From Gemmatimonadota bacterium (lineage in GTDB: Bacteria; Gemmatimonadota; Gemmatimonadetes; Longimicrobiales; Gaopeijiaceae), in NCBI GenBank assembly GCA_039589315.1, contig JBDHHQ010000015.1, positions 1 through 64,000 on the forward strand: a DNA stretch of 64,000 bases. The letters are read 5' to 3'. Positions within the stretch are counted from its first letter, which is position 1, and every line of letters begins with the position of its first letter. The translations under genes were made by a program, and so were the position numbers. This document shows positions 57,281 through 64,000 of the stretch, piece after piece. Under the pieces are notes generated by a model that was given only the letters and a program-made list of their open reading frames with translations, was not told where the DNA came from and did no database searches.

Positions 57281-58924
57281 ATGAATACTGGCCTGTCCAG
57301 ATTGCTGAGTGTCGCGAATGCCCTGGTAGCGATCACCGTGGCCGCTCCCCTGGCCGCCCAGATGGAGGTGACCACCACCCGCGGCGCCGACGAAGGTGAG
57401 GGGCCCCACGAACGGCTGATCATCCGGGGCGCCACGATCATCGACGGGACGGGCGCTCCGCCTCGGGGTCCCGTGGACATCGTCATCGAAGGCGATCGGA
57501 TCGCCGCCATCGAGTCGGTGGGCTTCCCCTTCGTCGAGATCGACGACAGCCGGCGGCCGGAGGGTGCCACCCGTGAGATCGATGGCACCGGTATGTACGT
57601 GATGCCCGGACTCATCGACATGCACTCACACACGGGCGGCGCGGGCAAGGCACCCCAGGCCGAGTACACGTACAAGTTGTGGATGGCCCACGGCGTCACC
57701 ACGTCACGTGGCGTTCCCCACGGCGACTTCGAGTGGGCGCTCGGCGAAAAGGCCCGTTCCATGCGCAACGAGATCGTGGCTCCCAGGATGTTCGCGTACA
57801 TGAGCCCGGGTAGCGGTGAAGGGTGGGGCGGTCGCCCCATCGACGCCCCCGAAGTCGCCCGGGAATGGGTGCGCTGGGCCGCTGCTCAGGAGATCGACGG
57901 CGCCAAGATCGACGGACTCAAGCTGGGCTCGTACGATCCCGAGATCATGGAGGCCCTCATCGACGAGGCACACCAGCATGGCCTCGGCACCGTGGCTCAC
58001 CTGGGCCAGATGGGCGTGGGTCGGATGACAGCCATGGACGCGGCCCGGATCGGCCTGGACATGATGACCCACTACTACGGGCTGTTCGAGTCGATGCTGG
58101 ACGACTACAGCATCCAGAACTGGCCCGTGGATTACAACTACAACGACGAGCAGCACCGCTTCGGTAATGTCGCCCGCCTCTGGGACCAGATCTACGAGCC
58201 CGGCTCGGACGAGTGGTACGCCACCATGGACGAGTTCATCGAGCTCGGCTTCGGCATCGACCCGACGATGACCATCTACGAGGCCAGCCGTGACGTCATG
58301 CGGGCCCGGGAAGCGGAGTGGCACGACAAGTACACATTGCCCACCCAGTGGGACTTCTATCAGCCCAGCCGCGAGGCCCATGGGTCCTATTGGTTCTACT
58401 GGACCACCGAGGATGAGGTGGCGTGGAGGAACTTCTACCACCGGTGGATGCGGTTCCTGAACGAGTTCAAGAACCGGGGCGGCATCGTCACGACGGGCTC
58501 CGACTCCGGCTTCATCTACAAGCTCTACGGCTTCGATTACATCCGTGAGCTCGAGCTGCTCCGCGAGGCCGGCTTCCATCCGATCGAGGTGATCCGCTCC
58601 GCTACGCTCTACGGAGCCACCAAGCTTCACGAGCCCAAGGGGACCCCCATCGACTTCGGTATCCTCCGGCCGGGCCTGAAGGCGGATCTCGTGGTCGTGG
58701 ATCAGAACCCGCTGGAGAATCTGAAGGTGCTGTACGGCACCGGCGCGGTGAAGATCGATGACGAGACCGGCGCGGTGGAGCGCATCGGCGGCATCAAGTA
58801 CACGATCAAGGACGGGATCGTCTACGACGCCAAGAGGCTCCTCGAGGACGTGGCCCGGATGGTGGAGGAGCAGAAGGCCGAGCGTGAGGCCGTGACGGCC
58901 ACGGACGCGGGGGGCGCGTACTAG
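57281..58924 (+). CDS. Secreted amidohydrolase family protein
   Basis: Signal peptide; PGLIDMHSH, GVTT, GSDS, ADLVVVDQNPL. Confidence 0.9.
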   Translation: MNTGLSRLLSVANALVAITVAAPLAAQMEVTTTRGADEGEGPHERLIIRGATIIDGTGAPPRGPVDIVIEGDRIAAIESVGFPFVEIDDSRRPEGATREIDGTGMYVMPGLIDMHSHTGGAGKAPQAEYTYKLWMAHGVTTSRGVPHGDFEWALGEKARSMRNEIVAPRMFAYMSPGSGEGWGGRPIDAPEVAREWVRWAAAQEIDGAKIDGLKLGSYDPEIMEALIDEAHQHGLGTVAHLGQMGVGRMTAMDAARIGLDMMTHYYGLFESMLDDYSIQNWPVDYNYNDEQHRFGNVARLWDQIYEPGSDEWYATMDEFIELGFGIDPTMTIYEASRDVMRAREAEWHDKYTLPTQWDFYQPSREAHGSYWFYWTTEDEVAWRNFYHRWMRFLNEFKNRGGIVTTGSDSGFIYKLYGFDYIRELELLREAGFHPIEVIRSATLYGATKLHEPKGTPIDFGILRPGLKADLVVVDQNPLENLKVLYGTGAVKIDDETGAVERIGGIKYTIKDGIVYDAKRLLEDVARMVEEQKAEREAVTATDAGGAY

Positions 58925-58946
58925 GAGCGTCCATCTTCGAAGGCCA

Positions 58947-58984
58947 GGGGGGCGCGGGTCGGTTCGTTCCGGCCCGCGCCCCTC
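58947..58984 (+). terminator. Strong GC hairpin after the amidohydrolase stop
   Basis: GGGGCGCGGGTCGG-ttcgtt-CCGGCCCGCGCCCC; no clear U-tract. Confidence 0.5.
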
Positions 58985-59093
58985 CTCGCTTCTACCGAAG
59001 GCGCAGGCGGGACACCCTTGTCCATCCTGCACGGATCCCTGTAGCCTTCCCAGACCCAGGCTCCCTCGTCGCTTCAAGCCATCGGACTGACCC

Positions 59094-60707
59094 GTGAGCG
59101 CATCGCCGGATTCCTCGTCCCAAAGGCTCGACCGAAAGCTCCGCCTGCTCATGCGGATCGACGAGATCCGGGATGCGGCGGACGAACCGGGAGGGATGTT
59201 GGGCTCCCTGCTGGACTACGTGGTCCGGGATTTCGACGCGGAGCTCGGACTCCTATACTCCCTGCGCCAGCCTTCCCAGGAGCTGGAGTTGCGCGCAGCG
59301 CAGGACCGAAAGGGGATCCTCCAGCGGCTCACAGCGGACGCTCTTCACGGGCTTGCACATGACAGCCTGCGGGTCGACGGTGTGTCCGCCCTCGACGATA
59401 AGGATCTCACCGACCGCTTGGGTTGGCCCACGGATCGGGCGTGCGTCGCCCTGGTGCCCATCGTGATGGGCTCCAGCCAACGGCTCGGCACCATGCTGCT
59501 GCTCCGCAGTCGCGAGCCGTTCTCTGAGGCGGAGGTGGACGCCCTCACCTTCGTGGAAAGCCAGTTGGACTCTGCCCTGGTGCAAGCGAACCGGCTCTTC
59601 GAGCTGGACCTCCGGACCCGTGAGTTGGAGACCATCTACCGCGTCGACAAGATCCGCGACGACGGACTGCCCTTCGACGACATGCTGAACCGGGTGCTCG
59701 AGGAGCTCGGCCGTGTGATCGAGGCCGACATGTCGTTCATCATGCTGTACGACAACCGGGGCGATAAGCTCGAGATGAGGGCGGTGAGCCCGACGGACCT
59801 GGCTCAGACACTCGAGGGGATCCGCGTCGCCGAAGAGACGGCCCGCGAGGCCGTTCTACGCGGTGAGCTGGTGGAGAAGCCGGATCGCGAGGGGCGGGTG
59901 GGCTCCGTCATGTGCGTCCCCCTCATCCTGCACGACGAGATTCTCGGCGTGTTCGGCATGGCCAGCGAGCGCCAGAGAGGCTTCCGGGATCCGGAGCGAC
60001 GGCTCCTGAGCGCGATCGCGAGCCAGACGGACACCGCGATCTTCGAAGGCCTCGAGCGCCGCCGGCTCCGCCAGGTCCTCGGACGCTCGGTCGATCCTGC
60101 CGTCATGGAGCGCCTGCTCGAAAGCTCGGACGTGGAGTTCCTCAGCGGCGAGCGACAGGTCCTGACAGTGCTCTACGGGGACATGCGAGGGTCCACGGCC
60201 CTGGCCGAGGCCACCGAGCCGAGCTTCCTGGTCGAGTTCGTCAACGAGTACCTTGGTGCCATGGCCCAGGTGATCCTCGAAAGCGGTGCGACGCTCGACA
60301 AGTTCGTTGGAGACCAGGTGATGGCCCTGTTCGGCGCCCCGTTTCCGATGGAGGATCATGCACTGCGGGCCGTCAGGGTCGCGGTGGAGATGCAGCGAGT
60401 CTATCGGAAGATCGTCGAGAGATGGAACGCCAGGGGTCTCATGGCTCGCTCCATGGGAATCGGGATTGCCACCGGCGAGCTCACGGTGGGCGAGTTCGGC
60501 TCCGCCCAGCGGAGCGATTACACCGTCATCGGGCATGCGGCGAACCTCGGCGCTCACCTATGCGGCGCCGCCCGGGGCGAGGAGATCCTGCTCAGCGCCG
60601 CGACGTACGAGCTCACACGAGACGCGATCCGCGCGGCGCCTCTGGAGGGACTCCACCTCAAGGGGATCCGCGAGGACCTGAAGGTATATCGCCTCGAATG
60701 GACCTAG
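59094..60707 (+). CDS. GAF-GAF-class III adenylate cyclase
   Basis: Two GAF-like domains (VPIV, CVPLI..ILGV); GDMRGST, DKFVGD, FGAP, DYTVIG..AN. Confidence 0.9.
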   Translation: MSASPDSSSQRLDRKLRLLMRIDEIRDAADEPGGMLGSLLDYVVRDFDAELGLLYSLRQPSQELELRAAQDRKGILQRLTADALHGLAHDSLRVDGVSALDDKDLTDRLGWPTDRACVALVPIVMGSSQRLGTMLLLRSREPFSEAEVDALTFVESQLDSALVQANRLFELDLRTRELETIYRVDKIRDDGLPFDDMLNRVLEELGRVIEADMSFIMLYDNRGDKLEMRAVSPTDLAQTLEGIRVAEETAREAVLRGELVEKPDREGRVGSVMCVPLILHDEILGVFGMASERQRGFRDPERRLLSAIASQTDTAIFEGLERRRLRQVLGRSVDPAVMERLLESSDVEFLSGERQVLTVLYGDMRGSTALAEATEPSFLVEFVNEYLGAMAQVILESGATLDKFVGDQVMALFGAPFPMEDHALRAVRVAVEMQRVYRKIVERWNARGLMARSMGIGIATGELTVGEFGSAQRSDYTVIGHAANLGAHLCGAARGEEILLSAATYELTRDAIRAAPLEGLHLKGIREDLKVYRLEWT

Positions 60708-60744
60708 GCCGAGGTCGGTCTGCGATGGCGAACGGGCCGGCAGG

Positions 60745-62556
60745 TTAGCGTGACGCCCGGGATCGCTTCACGCCGTCTCGGGCCAGAGCTTCCCTGAGGA
60801 TCAGGTAGTTCCGTAGTACCCGGTGGCGTGCCACCCGCGTACCGATCGGGACCAGACCCAACCTCTTCCTCCACGTAACCTGCGCCCGGCCAACCCTGCC
60901 GCTCACCTTCCGTCGTAGCTTCCCCAGCAGATCACCCTCCCGAAGGACCAGATCCACCAGCGTGCCGGCCAGGTCGGGCGGGAGCGCCTCGTCCAGTCGG
61001 CTGTCCACCTCGGCCGCCGCGTACCTCAGCTGGTGCGCCTGGGAGCTGCTTTCGTTCCTGAGATCCACGAGGTAGCCGTGGGTCCGCGCCCTGGGGAGCT
61101 GGAAGACCCGAGGCAGAGCCTTCTCCACCGCTCTCTGATAGATGCAGGACGCCCTCTGCTCCTGGCTGATCATCTCCGTCCAATCCAGGAGCTCGTAGTC
61201 CATCAATGGCCACCGGACCTTCATGAATCGCCCCGGGAACTGTCGACGCCACGGGACGAGGGTATTCGGGAAGCGCTGGTCCAGAAAGTAGTAACCACGA
61301 CTCCTCCCCGGGCCGGCGGCCTCCTGCACGCCTGCGATGTCCTCACCGACGCCTTCGACGAACGCCTGATACATCCCTCGGGGCAGGTGCGGCGCGAGCC
61401 ACCGCACACGGTGGAACTCCCGCATCTTCCCGGGCGCGTGGCGACCGTGGTAAACCCGGCGAAAGGCATTGTCCCCGAGGTAATGGTCGCCCACGAACAG
61501 GACGGGATTGGGCACGGTTCGCACGTCCCTCTCCAGGGCCTCCCAGGCGTGTACCTCGTCCACCGGTGGGGCCGTGCCCCTGCCCAGGCGGGCGTTGCTC
61601 CGGATGTGCCGTACCATGCTCCCATGGTAGCTCTGGTACATCCGGTGCTCGTAGCCGAGAGTCTCTGCCAGCTGGCGGGCGACGAACGGGTCCGATCCCG
61701 GCCTGGCGCGGCCATGGACGTACGAGAAGCAACGCACGTCCTCCACTCCGGCCGCGTCAGCGAACAAACCCGCGATCGAGGCCGAATCCCAACCACCGCT
61801 CAGTGACAGGTAGGGAACGGGATCATCGGAAAGCTGACGCCGGACGGCTCGCATCAGCCGCCTGACCAATTCCTCCGCCATCTCCCGGTCCCCGGCACCG
61901 ATTCCGTCTGGCGAGGGGCTCACGTCCCAATACCGGGTGGACTCGATCCCGCTGGAGCTCACGTAGTTGAGCGATGCCCTCGGGAGAGCACGGATGCCGG
62001 CATAAGGCGTACGGCCTGCGTGGGTGATGCCGTTGGCCAGGTACCAGGCAACGCCTACCGGATCGATGCGGAAGCGCTCGGTCGGCAGCACGCCCACGTC
62101 CGACCCGACCCAGTGGCTCCCTGCCTTGATCCCGTGGAGAACCCGCTGGGAGCCGATCCGGTCGGTGCCCAGCATCACCCGATCCATGACCCTGTCCACC
62201 ACCAGGAGGGCGAAGGAGCCGTTCAAGTCCCGGGCGAAGTCCTTTCCCATCTCCAGGTAGCGGTGGGCGACCGCCGCCGCGTCCCGGCAACCTTCGAGGA
62301 ACAGCTCGCCCTGGAGGACGATCGTGACCCGGCCCGTCGGATCGGAGTCGAACGTGACGCCGGGCCCGAAGCCCAGGTTGACCGTGAGGCTGGGCGTCTC
62401 CATGGCGAGGAGCGGCTCAGCGCCATAGGTGTCCAGGAATCGGCGCCGGCTCTCGGCGGACGATTGTGCGTCGGCTCTCGGCGTGAGACAGCCGAAGAAA
62501 CCGGTTGCCCGATCCACGCCCGGGAAGGTGGACTGCAGCGTCTTGAGTAGGAACAC
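60745..62556 (-). CDS. Asparagine synthetase-related protein (no N-terminal Cys)
   Basis: LNGSFAL, TDRIGS, LSGGWDS PP-loop, PLMDYEL. Confidence 0.82.
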   Translation of the reverse strand: MFLLKTLQSTFPGVDRATGFFGCLTPRADAQSSAESRRRFLDTYGAEPLLAMETPSLTVNLGFGPGVTFDSDPTGRVTIVLQGELFLEGCRDAAAVAHRYLEMGKDFARDLNGSFALLVVDRVMDRVMLGTDRIGSQRVLHGIKAGSHWVGSDVGVLPTERFRIDPVGVAWYLANGITHAGRTPYAGIRALPRASLNYVSSSGIESTRYWDVSPSPDGIGAGDREMAEELVRRLMRAVRRQLSDDPVPYLSLSGGWDSASIAGLFADAAGVEDVRCFSYVHGRARPGSDPFVARQLAETLGYEHRMYQSYHGSMVRHIRSNARLGRGTAPPVDEVHAWEALERDVRTVPNPVLFVGDHYLGDNAFRRVYHGRHAPGKMREFHRVRWLAPHLPRGMYQAFVEGVGEDIAGVQEAAGPGRSRGYYFLDQRFPNTLVPWRRQFPGRFMKVRWPLMDYELLDWTEMISQEQRASCIYQRAVEKALPRVFQLPRARTHGYLVDLRNESSSQAHQLRYAAAEVDSRLDEALPPDLAGTLVDLVLREGDLLGKLRRKVSGRVGRAQVTWRKRLGLVPIGTRVARHRVLRNYLILREALARDGVKRSRASR

Positions 62557-62760
62557 GGGGTCTTCCCTGGGACTGCGACCGTAGGAGCTCTCGAGTGCTC
62601 GATTGCGGGAGCCGGAGGAAAGTCCAGCAAGAGCCGGACCCCTTCGGGGTCTCAGGTCGGAAGCGCAGGTGACTCAGGGAGATTCGGAGGGCGAAGCCAG
62701 CGAAAAGGGGGTGTTCCAGGCCTCGCGGGTGTGGCCGGCGAACGACATGGCTCCCGATGG

Positions 62761-62787
62761 GGCGCAACACCCCGAAGAGGCTGCGCC
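62761..62787 (-). terminator. UUCG-capped hairpin downstream of the FG-GAP gene
   Basis: GGCGCAGC-CTC-TTCG-GGG-T-GTTGCGCC on the minus strand. Confidence 0.4.
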
Positions 62788-62849
62788 GCTGCTCCGAGCG
62801 AGCTCGCGGCGCTGTCGCCGGTCCGGTCCCCGAGCTGCCGACGTTGCCG

Positions 62850-64000
62850 TCAGCGGGCCGGTCGGTTGAGGTACACAGCGTTGGGCCCGTCCGAGTTCGC
62901 CACGGCCACGTCGGGAAAACCGTCCCCGTCCACGTCGCCCACCGCCACACCGTACGTCACACCGTCGTCGAGACCGAATGAGGATCGCTGGAAGGACCGC
63001 CCGTCACCGTCGTTCAGGAACACCGCGTTCGACCGGTCGGCGTTCCCGGTCACGATGTCCAAGTCGCCATCCCGATCGAGGTCTGCCAGCGCGAGGCTAT
63101 ACGTTTGGGCGTCCGTAGAGTCGAACTCCACACCATCGCCCCGGTTCGGGCCGAAGCCGAACTGCCCGGACCCATCGCCGAAGTAGACTCGGTTCGGCTC
63201 CCCGATGTTGGCCGTCACGATGTCCAGGTGACCGTCTCCGTCCAAATCGCCGAGGGCCACCGCCCGCGTTTCATCTTGACCCGTTCCGTAGGCATGGCCG
63301 TCCGCGAAGCCGGCTTCACCGTCGTTCAGGTAGACAGCATTCGGTTGGCCGTCCCGGTTGGCCAGTACCAGATCGGCGTCGCCGTCCGCGTCGACGTCGG
63401 CCGCCGCGACCGAAATGGTCGAGTCGTCCCTCGAGCCGAAGGGCACCGAGTGCTCGAAGCCCGCGGCACCGTCGTTGAAGTGGATGGCGTTCGGGGCGCC
63501 CCGGTTCGTGATCAGGATGTCCATGGCGCCATCCCCGTTCATATCTGCCAAGGTCAACGACCGGGTCGGGGCGACCGGATCGCCGAACTCACCCTCCTGA
63601 TGGAAGCGCCCACCGCCGTCGTTCAGGAAGATCATGTTGCGGGTACGGTCGTTGCCCACCGCCACGTCCAGGTCGCCGTCGCCATCGAGATCGGCCAGGG
63701 CCGCCGCGTAGGACGTGGCCCAGTCCGTGCCCAGTGACCGCCGGAGCAGGAAGCCCCCCACGCCGTTGTTGAGGAAGACCTCGTTCTCCCCCGCCCAGTG
63801 ACGACCGTTGGCCACCACCACGTCGAGGTCGCCGTCGCCGTCCACGTCCCCGAACGTCAGCGACGCTGACCGATCCAACCCGGTGCCCAGCCAACCGTAC
63901 CGGGGCATCTCGAAGACCCGGCTCTGGCCAGCGAGCGCCCAGGGCGCCATTGCTCCGAGCAGGATGCCCATCAGAGTCGCACGCGCCCGCCCCTGGCGTA
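62850..64000 (-). CDS. Secreted FG-GAP/VCBS repeat protein (probably 5'-truncated by the window edge)
   Basis: Seven DxDGDGDLD-type repeats with xxLNDG spacers; frame stays open to the window end. Confidence 0.9.
   Translation of the reverse strand, partial: RQGRARATLMGILLGAMAPWALAGQSRVFEMPRYGWLGTGLDRSASLTFGDVDGDGDLDVVVANGRHWAGENEVFLNNGVGGFLLRRSLGTDWATSYAAALADLDGDGDLDVAVGNDRTRNMIFLNDGGGRFHQEGEFGDPVAPTRSLTLADMNGDGAMDILITNRGAPNAIHFNDGAAGFEHSVPFGSRDDSTISVAAADVDADGDADLVLANRDGQPNAVYLNDGEAGFADGHAYGTGQDETRAVALGDLDGDGHLDIVTANIGEPNRVYFGDGSGQFGFGPNRGDGVEFDSTDAQTYSLALADLDRDGDLDIVTGNADRSNAVFLNDGDGRSFQRSSFGLDDGVTYGVAVGDVDGDGFPDVAVANSDGPNAVYLNRPAR

Noticed and set aside
60745..62849. Lasso peptide cluster
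   Set aside because: No precursor-like ORF, RRE/PqqD or transglutaminase-like B gene lies near the Asn-synthetase-like gene.
62850..64000. Repeat array or CRISPR
   Set aside because: The repeats are degenerate protein-coding FG-GAP units, with no identical direct repeats or spacers.

Overview
High-GC (roughly 70% by eye) bacterial chromosomal segment with about 55 densely packed CDSs. Gene content and style suggest Gemmatimonadota (inference: PadR + ADOP-type permease, [12 protein letters not shown] topoisomerase A subunit, many secreted peptidases). Recognisable genes include queE, a gyrA/parC-type topoisomerase A subunit, an ECF sigma factor with its ZAS anti-sigma, pfkA, ligA-polX, a fused aconitase-family enzyme, a PIG-L/small protein/SSS operon, and tRNA-Glu(CTC) and tRNA-Val(CAC). 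I saw no CRISPR array, integrase or transposase. The best candidate for an under-described system is a divergent PaaA/D/B/C-like di-iron oxygenase cluster at 23.8-27.0 kb. It has a split PaaD, a second DUF59 gene and no reductase or ligase in the window, and it lies behind a perfect palindrome matching the Thermus PaaR operator. Other oddities: a Tat-exported FMN hydroxy-acid oxidase carrying CxxCH, a topoisomerase A subunit with a degenerate GyrA-box, a SpoIIE/PP2C pseudophosphatase, several probable CTG starts, internal RBS/ATG restarts inside fusion genes, and readable operator and promoter motifs. All calls come from reading motifs by eye; no database searches were run.
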